This document shows, in pieces, positions 1 through 11,151 of a DNA stretch of 32,000 bases. Origin of the DNA: a virus; IMG/VR virus record IMGVR_UViG_3300045988_183024, positions 77,957-109,956 of that record; one strand, 5' to 3'. Position 1 is the first letter of the stretch. Each line of letters starts with the position of its first letter. Made by a program: the position numbers and the translations under genes. The notes under the pieces were generated by a model. The model was not told the origin of the DNA and ran no database searches. It saw only the letters and a program-made list of their open reading frames with translations.

Positions 1-2
1 GC

Positions 3-470
3 TGGGCATCCATCGTCCCGTTCTACAGCGATTACATTGGGTTCAATCTCTACTGGGGCAACGGCTGGCTGTTTCTGATTCCGGTCGTGCTGAGCCTTTT
101 GTCCGGTATCCCGCTGCTCGGAAATCTGTTCCTGGTCGTTGCTCTCATCATCAGTGCTATCACCAACTACAAGAAAGCTGTTGCGTTCGGTGAAGGTATT
201 GGTTTCACGATTGGTCTTTGCCTTCTGAATCCGGTGTTCAACATGATTCTTGCTTTCGGCCATTATGAGTATCACGGTATCCCGCAGGATGGCTATTCCT
301 ATTCTCAGCTCAAGACCAAATATGAGGAAAAGAAAGCCGAACAGCAGAACAACCCCAGTACTGTTCAGTACCAGGCCCCCGAAACTCCCAAAGAGCCGAG
401 CCAGAATGTTCAGTATCAGACTCCGAACGCTCCTGCTGAAGTCAAGACCCCGCCGACTCAGCAGAATTAA
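3..470 (+). CDS. Small multi-pass membrane protein (DUF5684-like), 5' end outside window
   Basis: The frame is open from base 3 (WASIVPFYSDYIGFNLYWGNGWLFLIPVVLSLLSG...), so the track start at 87 is internal. Hydrophobic segments are followed by a Pro/Gln-rich tail. Family name is from recall. Confidence 0.6.
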   Translation, partial: WASIVPFYSDYIGFNLYWGNGWLFLIPVVLSLLSGIPLLGNLFLVVALIISAITNYKKAVAFGEGIGFTIGLCLLNPVFNMILAFGHYEYHGIPQDGYSYSQLKTKYEEKKAEQQNNPSTVQYQAPETPKEPSQNVQYQTPNAPAEVKTPPTQQN

Positions 471-480
471 AACCAGGACA

Positions 481-681
481 ATGGCTGATTTTATTTGGGT
501 CGTTGTGTTTCTCTGCGTTCTCATCGCGTCCTGCTTTGGAATGTACTATTTCCAGGGTGAGAACAAACAAAAATTTGTGTTTTGCTTTTTGCTGGTAGCA
601 TTATCTTTTGGAGTCCTTGCGTTTCGACTTCTGGATATTGCCTACACAATGATAAACGCAGCTGTCAAAGCCGCACAATGA
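481..681 (+). CDS. Small two-TM hypothetical protein
   Basis: ATG at 481 is in frame with the track ORF 250-681; product MADFIWVVVFLCVLIASCFGMYYF... The upstream part of the track ORF overlaps the previous gene and is not credible. Confidence 0.6.
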   Translation: MADFIWVVVFLCVLIASCFGMYYFQGENKQKFVFCFLLVALSFGVLAFRLLDIAYTMINAAVKAAQ

Positions 682-763
682 CCTTTTTGCAATTCTCAAA
701 CTGTTTTTTGGCAGACCTTCCAATCGAGGGCCTGCCTTTTTTTATTGTCAGGAGGAAAAAACT

Positions 764-1645
764 ATGAAAATCCGATTCTATACAACCAACAAGGAAGCTA
801 TTGTATTTGACCTTGAGGATATTTTGAAGCAGCTCAACATTAAAGAGCAGGTAGCCACTGTCGGCCTTGTCATTGAAAAAGACGAGGCCGAGGTTGAGGC
901 AATCGCTCAGACAATACAAGACGATTATCCGAACATGTATCTCCAGGCAAAAGAATACGGACGGAATCTGACTCTGGCTTGCGCGGAACTCCCGAACCCC
1001 ACTAACCCGGATATCGTAACATACCTCTATGCGGGCGATGATGCTACGGAAACTGACAGTTGGATTGCGAAAGTGAACAACACAATTCGTGCGCAAGGGG
1101 ATAACAGTGAACGGCTCATCCATATTGACTCGAATCTCGCTGCCGTGGTAGAAGCAAACGAAACGGAACAAGGATACTATGCTTCCACCGTGTCGCAGCA
1201 TGACAAGGCCACAAACGAAATGCTGAGTTTTCGACAGATTGCAGAGTCGTTGGAAGCTGTTGGGGATAACTTCAAGTACCAGAGCGCAAGCAACATTCTG
1301 ACTGCAAGAACCAAAGCAGAGCGGAACTATATTGTCCGGCTTATCAAGATGTATTGCGACAATACCAAATACCTTGCTGGTTCTATGCCGCAAAGTGAGT
1401 ACCCGTTCTGTGTCCAGAACGTTGACGCTCTGAACCAGCGTGATGCGCAGTGGTCCGAAATCAAAGAGTATCTTGCGCAGGACGAAAATCGCAACAAACT
1501 GGATGTGATTCTTGGCTTCGTGCCGGATGCGGAGAGCGACAAGACTCTGATTCTGCACAGCATTGAAGAGAAGGGAAAAGCCATGTCTGATTCTGAAATC
1601 GAAAAGGTATATGACTCTCTGTTTGGCTCTGCCAGCAATGAATGA
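764..1645 (+). CDS. Hypothetical protein, distant member of family A (YLYAGDDxTETD motif)
   Basis: RBS-like aggaggaaaaa upstream. The YLYAGDDATETD motif is shared with 18638-19123 and 27344-28051. Confidence 0.75.
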   Translation: MKIRFYTTNKEAIVFDLEDILKQLNIKEQVATVGLVIEKDEAEVEAIAQTIQDDYPNMYLQAKEYGRNLTLACAELPNPTNPDIVTYLYAGDDATETDSWIAKVNNTIRAQGDNSERLIHIDSNLAAVVEANETEQGYYASTVSQHDKATNEMLSFRQIAESLEAVGDNFKYQSASNILTARTKAERNYIVRLIKMYCDNTKYLAGSMPQSEYPFCVQNVDALNQRDAQWSEIKEYLAQDENRNKLDVILGFVPDAESDKTLILHSIEEKGKAMSDSEIEKVYDSLFGSASNE

Positions 1646-1699
1646 CATGGCGACCAAAAAGAATGAGCACAAAAGTGGTACACCGATAAAGCAATAAGC

Positions 1700-1828
1700 T
1701 TGTGCTTTCGTGCGACATCGATAAAATAAAAGCTGTACGATAGATACCATCTACCAGGCGCTTTTTGCGTTCGTACAATTCACATTTCGCTTGAAGGCGG
1801 ACTTCCTGATTGGGAGGCCCGCCTTTTT
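1700..1828 (+). promoter_or_regulatory. Promoter-leader-terminator cassette, copy 1
   Basis: TTGTGC-tttcgTGCGAcatcga-TAAAAT; GTACGATAGATACCATCTA...TTCGTACAATT; terminator GAAGGCGGACTTCCTGATTGGGAGGCCCGCCTTTTT; then aaaaaaggag and ATG at 1852. Confidence 0.85.
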
Positions 1829-1851
1829 GCGTACAAAAAAGGAGTTTAACT

Positions 1852-2256
1852 ATGGATAACGTATGGACAAATCTTGGCAACCGACTCGAAACTGCTTGGA
1901 AAAGACCAACAAGGCCCAACTCTAAACGCCCGAAAGACGGTGATATCATCGACGAAGAGAAATCGGTGCGCTGGAACAGGGAAGAGGTCGTTCGCCGACA
2001 GAAAGCCTGGGATGCGGAATGCTCTCGGCTGAAGAAGGCGCAGAATGCAGAAATCGAACACATCTCGGAAGCTATCGAACTTCAAATTCAGGAAGACATC
2101 AAAGCCAAAACGAAACGCAGCATTTCTAAAAAAGCTGCAACTGTTCTTTGGCAGAAAGCTTACGACCGTGGCCACGCTTGTGGCTTCGCTGACATCTACT
2201 GTGCCATCGAGGACTACGAGGAGCTGGTTGTTGCTGTGCTCACAAATGCTCGTTGA
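1852..2256 (+). CDS. Hypothetical protein
   Basis: The start is corrected from 1810, which lies inside the terminator hairpin, to the ATG after aaaaaaggag; product MDNVWTNLGNRLETAWKRPTRPN... Confidence 0.7.
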   Translation: MDNVWTNLGNRLETAWKRPTRPNSKRPKDGDIIDEEKSVRWNREEVVRRQKAWDAECSRLKKAQNAEIEHISEAIELQIQEDIKAKTKRSISKKAATVLWQKAYDRGHACGFADIYCAIEDYEELVVAVLTNAR

Positions 2257-2289
2257 ACTTCAAACACAAATCACAGAAAGGAAAATACC

Positions 2290-3099
2290 ATGAAACTGAA
2301 TGAATACCTCGCTGAAAATGCCGTCAAGCTGATGATTAAGGGCTCTGGAGAAAAGAATCCTACGCGCCAGACCAATGGCCTCGGCATGTACGATTATGTT
2401 GAGAACCTTGAAAGCGTCCTCGGCAAAATGGTCTGGATTTGCGATTATCGCGCAGATGCGGACCCGACCAAAAAGCCAATTCGTAACATCAAACCTACCC
2501 CGGTTGTTGTAACGGACGCAAAAGAAACGAGCAAAACCATCTATTATTCTCCGGTCTATTTTCGGCCGGTAAATCGGGGTAAGATTTCTTCAACCGTCAT
2601 TACCCCATTGGACAACACCGGGTATCGCTGCTGCTCCGGCACTTCCGTCAACATCTTCTACACTAAAGAAGAGTGTGTGAAGTGTTATCGGGAGCAGGTT
2701 CGGCAGGCGAGTGAAGTTTACGAGAAAGAGAAAGCCCGCATCATTGCAGACTTCGATAAACGCATGGTAGAATTGGATAAGTCTCTGGAACCGTTTGAGG
2801 ATATCCCTAAAAGCGACTACACCGTTGTTGCAAAAATGGATGTTACGAACGATTCTCTCGGATACAATGAGAAAAATCGGCATTTTTATCTCGAGACGAC
2901 CCGAACCATGATTCCGACTCGCTATACCATCGAAATGCTCAAGACGCAGGCACTGATTGGCCTGGTGGATGAACTCCGTGCAAACACCACCTGGCAAAAG
3001 GGCGTTCCTTTCCGTATCCTTATCAGAACAACAGTTTTTGTGGATGGTATTGAAGATGTCAGCCAGGCCACAACGGAATCTCAAACCATTACCCTTTGA
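2290..3099 (+). CDS. Hypothetical protein
   Basis: RBS gaaaggaaa upstream and a long ORF in the same orientation as its neighbours. Confidence 0.75.
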   Translation: MKLNEYLAENAVKLMIKGSGEKNPTRQTNGLGMYDYVENLESVLGKMVWICDYRADADPTKKPIRNIKPTPVVVTDAKETSKTIYYSPVYFRPVNRGKISSTVITPLDNTGYRCCSGTSVNIFYTKEECVKCYREQVRQASEVYEKEKARIIADFDKRMVELDKSLEPFEDIPKSDYTVVAKMDVTNDSLGYNEKNRHFYLETTRTMIPTRYTIEMLKTQALIGLVDELRANTTWQKGVPFRILIRTTVFVDGIEDVSQATTESQTITL

Positions 3100-3121
3100 T
3101 GAGAACTATGAAGAGCGCACG

Positions 3122-3156
3122 CCCCGTCTATAGCCGTAAGGCTTAGGTGGGGAGGT
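3122..3156 (-). repeat. Solitary IS200/IS605-like end hairpin
   Basis: The reverse complement CCTCCCCACCTAAGCCTTACGGCTATAGACGGGG matches the sequence downstream of iscB (CTCCCCACCTAAGCCGCAAGCGACTATAGACGG, 25021-25053). Confidence 0.6.
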
Positions 3157-3189
3157 TCACAAAAACAAAACAATACATATGTGAGGTAA

Positions 3190-5256
<2,067 letters not shown>

Positions 5257-5268
5257 GGAGGTCTCGGA

Positions 5269-5514
5269 ATGTACGACTTTGACCGCATCATCAAGGCTGC
5301 GGAGTCCTGTGACTTTCACGGCGAATTTGCCTCTGACATTAAGCTCTGTGAAAATGCACTTGGCATGGGTGGTCTTATGGGAATCAATGCCGAATGCTGG
5401 CTTGATGTTCTGAACGCCATGCCGGACGCTGAAATCGCAGAATACGTCCGCACCAAGTACAAGCCCGGTCTCTTGAATCCGTTCAAGGGTACGTCGCTTT
5501 ACATCAAATCTTAA
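5269..5514 (+). CDS. Small hypothetical protein
   Basis: MYDFDRIIKAAESCDFHG..., immediately downstream of ligA with gaggaggt RBS. Confidence 0.65.
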   Translation: MYDFDRIIKAAESCDFHGEFASDIKLCENALGMGGLMGINAECWLDVLNAMPDAEIAEYVRTKYKPGLLNPFKGTSLYIKS

Positions 5515-5520
5515 CCTCTT

Positions 5521-5554
5521 GCCGCTTGCCCTTCACAGGGTGAGCGGCTTTTGC
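5521..5554 (+). terminator. Intrinsic terminator
   Basis: GCCGCTTGCCCTTCACAGGGTGAGCGGCTTTT. Confidence 0.75.
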
Positions 5555-5578
5555 TAATATGTGCGAATCGCGTACACT
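5551..5578 (+). promoter_or_regulatory. TGCGA-spacer promoter without the structured leader
   Basis: TTGCTA-atatgTGCGAatcgcg-TACACT, 16-bp spacer, just upstream of the ORF at 5605. Confidence 0.75.
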
Positions 5579-5604
5579 AAAATAATAGAAAGAAGGTATC
5601 AATA

Positions 5605-6207
5605 ATGAAATCACATGAAGCTCCTGTTACCGAAAGCATGCAACAATGTATCGACTATATCAAGCAGAATGAAGATGAAATCGCAGAATATGTGAATTCG
5701 CTTTTTATTGCTCAGAAGGATGTAATTAGAGAGCAACTTTTGGAGAGTTTGGCAGCAATGCTGAACCCCATTCCCACTCATTATGAATGGCGCAGCAATG
5801 ATTGCCCGTATGATTATTCTGGTGAATTGTACGAAGATGGAAAGGTATCTTTGGAGCAGACTGTTAGTGAATTTCTCGAGAGCGAATATACTGGTGCAAG
5901 CCGCGCAACCTATGTATCTCACTATGGTCTATCATATAACACATATGGGGATAGCCTCTCGGACGACACCCTTGAGATTGGCTGCTCCATTATGACCGAT
6001 GGAATTAAAGATTTCGTACAGAGGAATGCAGGGATTCCGTGTGAACGATTCTCCTGTGAAGAATTTTTCGACATCAAAACCGAATGTAACGAATTTGACC
6101 CGATATACGACGAATGCCGCGCCAGCGATTTCTTTTGGGCTACTGCCGCTGTAGAATTTGCAGGCATTGACAAAATGACTTTGAAAGAAGTTCTCGCCGC
6201 AGTATAA
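5605..6207 (+). CDS. Hypothetical acidic protein
   Basis: RBS agaaggt upstream; 200 aa ORF. Confidence 0.75.
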   Translation: MKSHEAPVTESMQQCIDYIKQNEDEIAEYVNSLFIAQKDVIREQLLESLAAMLNPIPTHYEWRSNDCPYDYSGELYEDGKVSLEQTVSEFLESEYTGASRATYVSHYGLSYNTYGDSLSDDTLEIGCSIMTDGIKDFVQRNAGIPCERFSCEEFFDIKTECNEFDPIYDECRASDFFWATAAVEFAGIDKMTLKEVLAAV

Positions 6208-6216
6208 ATTGTCACG

Positions 6217-6256
6217 AAAGCCGTTCACCGTTTGGTGGACGGCTTTTTCTTTTTGA
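6217..6256 (+). terminator. Intrinsic terminator
   Basis: AAAGCCGTTCACCGTTTGGTGGACGGCTTTTT. Confidence 0.8.
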
Positions 6257-6486
6257 CATTTTTTGCGATTTCCCGATAATAGTGGAAACACCCAAAACAA
6301 CGTGGAAACGTGACGATGCCTTGGCTAGTATCACCTCAAACTATACGGTAAAAGCTAATCTTACTTACGGTGATTGGAGCGGCACGGTGTCTTTTGCTTG
6401 CACCATTTCAGGAAACTAAATATCCGGTCTTCTAAATTGTACGATGTGCCGTATATATTATTTTCGTAAAAACTTGGTATTTTGGG

Positions 6487-6514
6487 TTGACAGCACGTGC
6501 GACACCCATAAAAT
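6487..6514 (+). promoter_or_regulatory. TGCGA-spacer promoter with consensus -35
   Basis: TTGACA-gcacgTGCGAcaccca-TAAAAT, 16-bp spacer. Confidence 0.8.
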
Positions 6515-6569
6515 AGATAATGTAACAGAGATATCATTGATTTGCTATAGTTCATATACCTCCTGGAAG

Positions 6570-6606
6570 AAGGACAGATGCCCATATTGGGTTTCTGTCC
6601 TTTTTC
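6570..6606 (+). terminator. Terminator-like hairpin shortly downstream of the 6487 promoter
   Basis: AAGGACAGATGCCCATATTGGGTTTCTGTCCTTTTTT. Confidence 0.7.
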
Positions 6607-6838
6607 TTTTTGAGGATTCCCGCAGATTTTCTGCGTTTAATATAGATTCATCCCACGGAATGTGGACTTCTGACAGCCGAAGGAAAGGCTGATTATATAG
6701 AATTGCTATGCTAATCAACATAGCACGCGTACACAGCGTCGATGTGTTTATATAAATGTTCCTGCACGCGAACGCCGCGTTAAGAGCGTATTTATATATA
6801 CCGTATAACAATTACAAACCTTCAAGGAGGACATTATC

Positions 6839-7207
6839 ATGATAGGAAACATATTTTAGCGAGTAGACACCATCATTAGCAACCACGAAGCCAAAGCTAA
6901 GCAATATGCAGTTAGCTATGGCTCCTTCATTCACGGTCTATTGAAGACCTAGCTCAGCAAAGATGGCGTGATACTCGCGCTCATGCTGGAGCAAGTGAAA
7001 CTCACCGAGGCCGCGAAAGCTCTGCTGCTTTTGGCAGTAGTATCAATCGTTGGCGCATTTATTGTGAAGAAAGTCTTCAAAAACTACAGCCACATCAAAG
7101 GGTTGGCAGAAGACTTTCTGATGTCAACCGATGTTTTCGGGGCTATCAAAGATGCAGTTTCTGATATTGCCGATAGCTCCTGCAAAACAGACAACAAAAA
7201 AGAATAA
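6839..7207 (+). CDS. Small membrane protein gene with two in-frame TAG codons (pseudogene or amber readthrough)
   Basis: aaggagg RBS then ATG at 6839. Frame reads MIGNIF*RVDTIISNHEAKAKQYAVSYGSFIHGLLKT*LSKDGVILALMLEQVKLTEAAKALLLLAVVSIVGAFIVKKV...; TAG at 6857 and 6950. Confidence 0.6.
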
Positions 7208-7290
7208 TTACATCCCCATATATGGGGCTCACATTGCTGTGGAGATAAATTCGAGAGCAGCACGGCAGCCCCACGTTACGGGGTTATATT

Positions 7291-8871
7291 ATGGCTAAGA
7301 AGAATAACAACGTCACTTTCAACGTCGGCATCACCAACCATTACTTTGACGCTATTTCGCGCCAGAAGTTACCCATGAGCGATGCCGCTTGTGAGCCGGT
7401 TGATAATGCCATCTCTAATTGCAAAGATGCCATTAACATCTTGGTCGCGATTGTGAAAGGCCATGCCAAAAACCTAATTGGTGTGGTTATTGCCGACTGG
7501 GGCAATGGTATGTCTAAGGAAAAGCTGCCGGAAAACCTACAGTTTGGCAACGGCCACAGCAATGAGGGCCCGCTGTGCATCCATGGCGTTGGCCTGAATA
7601 ATTTCATTTTGGTTGCCACCCGCAACAAGTATCCCTGGTTCATCGCTTCCAAGCAGCCTGGAGAGGACAGCTATCACCGCGTTGACGGCCCGTTCGCCAC
7701 GACCATGACGATGTCCGAGCAGGAAGAGATTCCTATGGCAGATGTCGTTATGCGTGAGCAGTTTAAGGCTCTTGGCGCTCCTTCTACCATCATCTATGTG
7801 GAGATGGACAAGGCTACCGCCAGCACCATGCTGACCAAGAACGGCAGCTGCGCTGAGAGCCGGGTCACCAGCCTGAACGTGCTGCGTACCTGCCTGGCTG
7901 AGCACTTTGGTGTCAAGTACCGCAATTACTTGGCGCCTGACGCTACCGGCGTTGCTCCCGCCCGTATCCTGATTCCTGATTTCCATATGGCGAATGGCAA
8001 GACGTGCGATGTGCTCGTCAAGCCCATTTTCCAGCCGTATAAGGAGAAGCAGAAGGAAAAGAACTTCACTGTTGACTATGATGGGTACGAGATTCCTGTC
8101 AAGGTTGAGTGTGGTCAGCTGGATACGGATGCAACCAAAGGTGTTGTTACTGGTGGCTATGACTTGAAGCATTTCTACCAGAACAACATGCTTACGCAGG
8201 GCTTGGATATCCAGCTCGGCGAGCGTGTTATCGCCACCGCTCAGTTTGATACCATCTGGGACAAGGCTCGTCACCCGGCCTTCAACGCTTTCACCGGCGT
8301 TGTTGCTGTTGATATTTCCGGTCTGCCGCGTGGGTTCTTGAATACCCTCGCCAACAAGTCGGATATCGACCTGAGCGACAAGGGATGGCGTAAAATTTTC
8401 GACGCTATTGCCGAAAACGTGAAGCCTCTCGAAAGCGAGCCTCTCACTCTTGAGAAATATGCGCAGGATTTTGCAAACCGGCTGGTTGCAGACACCGGGA
8501 ATGAAGTTGAACTCCAGTTCCCTCTGTACGCAAACCGGACTCGTATCGACGTTCTGGAACATATCGACGAGTCCCACTGCAAGATTTATGACTTCATGAG
8601 CGGCGTTGCTACTTTGAAGTCTGTAACCGAGCTGCGGACTCATTGGGATGGCATGGTTGCACAGGGCATTCAGCCTGTTTCGGCTGTGATGTTCTGCAAT
8701 AAGCGCGGTCCTATGCTCAAACATACCTGCGACGAGATGAACACTCTCGTGCAGGCTATGAATGACGAGGACTTCTACATGACCCTCGAAGCTGCTGGTG
8801 GTGATGCATCTAAGATGCCGCACTACAACTTCGATGTTATTCTTGACCAGAATATCCCCGTGAAGAAATAA
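7291..8871 (+). CDS. Stand-alone GHKL-type ATPase domain protein (Hsp90/MORC-like ATP-binding fold)
   Basis: N-box-like EPVDNAISNCKDA, DWGNGMS, and FGNGHSNEGPLCIHGVGLNNF, matching GHKL N/G1/G2 motifs. Confidence 0.8.
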   Translation: MAKKNNNVTFNVGITNHYFDAISRQKLPMSDAACEPVDNAISNCKDAINILVAIVKGHAKNLIGVVIADWGNGMSKEKLPENLQFGNGHSNEGPLCIHGVGLNNFILVATRNKYPWFIASKQPGEDSYHRVDGPFATTMTMSEQEEIPMADVVMREQFKALGAPSTIIYVEMDKATASTMLTKNGSCAESRVTSLNVLRTCLAEHFGVKYRNYLAPDATGVAPARILIPDFHMANGKTCDVLVKPIFQPYKEKQKEKNFTVDYDGYEIPVKVECGQLDTDATKGVVTGGYDLKHFYQNNMLTQGLDIQLGERVIATAQFDTIWDKARHPAFNAFTGVVAVDISGLPRGFLNTLANKSDIDLSDKGWRKIFDAIAENVKPLESEPLTLEKYAQDFANRLVADTGNEVELQFPLYANRTRIDVLEHIDESHCKIYDFMSGVATLKSVTELRTHWDGMVAQGIQPVSAVMFCNKRGPMLKHTCDEMNTLVQAMNDEDFYMTLEAAGGDASKMPHYNFDVILDQNIPVKK

Positions 8872-8878
8872 CATCACT

Positions 8879-8914
8879 TGCCGTCATCCGAAAGGGTGGC
8901 GGCATTTTTTTGTT
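8879..8914 (+). terminator. Intrinsic terminator
   Basis: TTGCCGTCATCCGAAAGGGTGGCGGCATTTTTTT. Confidence 0.8.
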
Positions 8915-9005
8915 GAGCCATTGCTCAAACATCGAGATTCCTCATGTGGGATATAGCGTTTTGTACAGATATATGCTATAATTGGCACAAAAAGGAGGAA
9001 CCGAC

Positions 9006-9386
9006 ATGGCAGAAAATAATAACAACGGTGGCAAAAACACTAATATCATCACCAAAATTAACGATACCATTTCCAAAGTCCTGGGCGATTTCCCGCCCGT
9101 TGTTCAGACAATCGCAAAAATCGTTGTCTTCGGTGGGCTCATCCTGCTTATCGCCAAAGCCATCGGCTATATTTTCCCGGTTATTGTGAACGTTCTTTTC
9201 AACCTCTTAGTCAAAATCGTTGGCTTCTGCATTCTGGCAGCCTTTCTTTACGGCTGCTGGTACGAGGTAAAACTGCAAATGACTCGCGATGAGAACTCCT
9301 TTTTGCTGAATGAGCGGCTCAAGTATCAGAAGAAGGAATATGAGGAGCGCGAGCGCAGAAGACAAGAGCGAAACAATAGGCGATAA
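9006..9386 (+). CDS. Small membrane protein
   Basis: RBS aaaaaggagg then ATG 9006 (MAENNNNGGKNTN...), two hydrophobic segments and a charged C terminus. Extended -10 tgcTATAAT at 8977. Confidence 0.7.
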   Translation: MAENNNNGGKNTNIITKINDTISKVLGDFPPVVQTIAKIVVFGGLILLIAKAIGYIFPVIVNVLFNLLVKIVGFCILAAFLYGCWYEVKLQMTRDENSFLLNERLKYQKKEYEERERRRQERNNRR

Positions 9387-9403
9387 AATATGATAACACA
9401 CAA

Positions 9404-9434
9404 GCTGTCCAGCTTCGGCTGGGCAGCTTTTTTT
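9404..9434 (+). terminator. Intrinsic terminator
   Basis: AGCTGTCCAGCTTCGGCTGGGCAGCTTTTTTT. Confidence 0.7.
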
Positions 9435-9443
9435 GTTTTCCTA

Positions 9444-9471
9444 TTGCAGGTTCTTGCGAATCGCATAACAT
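9444..9471 (+). promoter_or_regulatory. TGCGA-spacer promoter without the structured leader
   Basis: TTGCAG-gttctTGCGAatcgca-TAACAT, 16-bp spacer, 24 bp upstream of the ATG at 9495. Confidence 0.75.
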
Positions 9472-9494
9472 AAAAATATGAAAGGGGTTATATC

Positions 9495-9743
9495 ATGAAG
9501 ACACTTGAATCGATTTTCAGCAGAACTGCACAGTTTGGCTTGCTCATTTATCTGACCGGCTGCTTTGGCCTGTTGATTGTTTTAGGCGCTGCAGTCGCAA
9601 AATGGCTTAAACTCATCGACGTAATTCAATATATTGCCTTTGCTTTTGGACTTGGACTCCTCGCTTTGCTTATCGGCGTGGTGGGCCTCTCACTCCTCGG
9701 CCTTAGGCAAAACCGCAAACATAAGGAGGCAAAACGCGCATGA
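9495..9743 (+). CDS. Small two-TM hypothetical protein
   Basis: RBS gaaagggg; hydrophobic ORF overlapping the next start by 4 bp. Confidence 0.7.
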   Translation: MKTLESIFSRTAQFGLLIYLTGCFGLLIVLGAAVAKWLKLIDVIQYIAFAFGLGLLALLIGVVGLSLLGLRQNRKHKEAKRA

Positions 9744-10954
9744 GTAAAAAGATTATCAATATCACCGCAGCTGCCATGGCACTCGCCGTGACACTTTCCG
9801 GCTGCGCCACAGCTGTGGTTCAGGAACGGAAAGACCAGGCAGCCGCAGCAGCAAGCGCAGAAGCAGCACAGGCTGCCGCAACAGCGACACCGGAACCGAC
9901 AGCGGAACCGACCCCGGAACCCATCAATGCCTGGTCTTTGTTGTCGAATCTCCCGGATTTCACGCCCGGCACGCTGGACAATCCTGACACTACCTGGCCG
10001 GACGGTATTCCGATGGGGCAGAGTCCTTTGTCTTACGATGACGGCAGCAAGTTCTATTCGCTGCGCAGCGTTGATACCGGCAAGACACTGGATATCACGG
10101 ACGTTGCATTACAGGATGTACGGGATTTGCCTGTAAAGGGATATCTGAAATTGAACGAACTTGAAAACGGTGATACAGTCATTGGTGAAATCAATGCAGA
10201 ATCCACAGGCGAAGGCGTAGAAAAGGAAATCAGTGATTTTTCCATTCACACTGCCAGCAAGGATGACGGCTGTGACTATTATCCGATTGGATATAACGGA
10301 GGGTCCTTGACCTTGATGCTGGACGGTCGTGCAGCCAATGACGACGGTATCGATATTGGTGATGCGTTCCTTGACGGTCTCTATTATTCGTCTGTCACCC
10401 CGGATAAATTCGAAGGTTATCCGACCGATGGAGAGCCGGAGGAACAGTTCAACTTCCTGTATGGTTTGTTTGGCAATCCGTCCGGTCTCTACTGGACAAA
10501 CAACGATTCTGTCGCTTTCAATTCCAGCAAGCAGTATCGTACCTTTGAAGATTTCCGAGATGCAGATTATGATGTTGAAATTGGCGGCAAGAACTTCTAT
10601 CTGGTTTGGAACTATGACGGGTATAGTGTTGTTGCGGCGTGCAACGATACCTTTGACAGCGCTAATGTGAAGGGCACTACGATTCAGGATATCTACTTGT
10701 TCCCGAACATGACAGAAACCAAGTACCTAGTCGAAAATTCCGGCAGCCTGATTAGCGGTTATCTGGGTTATGGTGAAGTTCCCGTCATCTTGACTGGTAC
10801 ATACGCATCAGTCAACAGTGATTCGACTGTCGAGCAGGATACAAGCGCGGAAGAAAACACCGACGCTGAATCTGGTGACAATTCCACGGCGGACGAAAAC
10901 GCTGAGTCCAGTTCCGATGATAACAGCAACAGCTCGGAAAATTCAGATTCCTAA
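9740..10954 (+). CDS. Secreted lipoprotein
   Basis: Signal peptide with lipobox (MSKKIINITAAAMALAVTLSGCATA), Ala/Thr/Pro-rich linker, and acidic Ser/Asn/Asp-rich tail. Confidence 0.85.
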   Translation: MSKKIINITAAAMALAVTLSGCATAVVQERKDQAAAAASAEAAQAAATATPEPTAEPTPEPINAWSLLSNLPDFTPGTLDNPDTTWPDGIPMGQSPLSYDDGSKFYSLRSVDTGKTLDITDVALQDVRDLPVKGYLKLNELENGDTVIGEINAESTGEGVEKEISDFSIHTASKDDGCDYYPIGYNGGSLTLMLDGRAANDDGIDIGDAFLDGLYYSSVTPDKFEGYPTDGEPEEQFNFLYGLFGNPSGLYWTNNDSVAFNSSKQYRTFEDFRDADYDVEIGGKNFYLVWNYDGYSVVAACNDTFDSANVKGTTIQDIYLFPNMTETKYLVENSGSLISGYLGYGEVPVILTGTYASVNSDSTVEQDTSAEENTDAESGDNSTADENAESSSDDNSNSSENSDS

Positions 10955-10971
10955 TTCTTAAAAAATAGTTA

Positions 10972-11087
10972 TTGCGTATTCGTGCGAAACGCATACAATA
11001 AAAATTGTATGATAGATAACAGCACACATACGCTATAATTTCACAATTCTGAGAAGCAGACTATCCGTTTGGAGGTCTGCTTTTTTT
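10972..11087 (+). promoter_or_regulatory. Promoter-leader-terminator cassette, divergent copy
   Basis: TTGCGT-attcgTGCGAaacgca-TACAAT; AAATTGTATGATAGATAAC...TATAATTT stem with a G-U pair; terminator GAAGCAGACTATCCGTTTGGAGGTCTGCTTTTTTT. Confidence 0.8.
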
Positions 11088-11151
11088 GTTGGAATTTTGC
11101 GGTGTTTTGCTGACGTTTATCGTAACTAAACACTACAAGGAGAAATAAAGG

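Noticed and set aside
665-1750. Long minus-strand ORFs (665-1750, 3157-4794, 7537-8877, 11800-12732, 14286-15206, 23723-25069 and others)
   Set aside because: They lie antisense to well-supported + strand genes with RBSs and recognisable motifs. They are shadow ORFs of codon bias.
1810-1851. Track N-terminal extensions at 1810, 17361, 20344 and 26672
   Set aside because: They start inside the leader or terminator. A good RBS and start codon follows the terminator in each case.
8961-8982. TTGTAC...TATAAT as a standard promoter for 9006
   Set aside because: The spacing is only 10 bp. An extended -10 (TGCTATAAT) with a weak -35 is more plausible.
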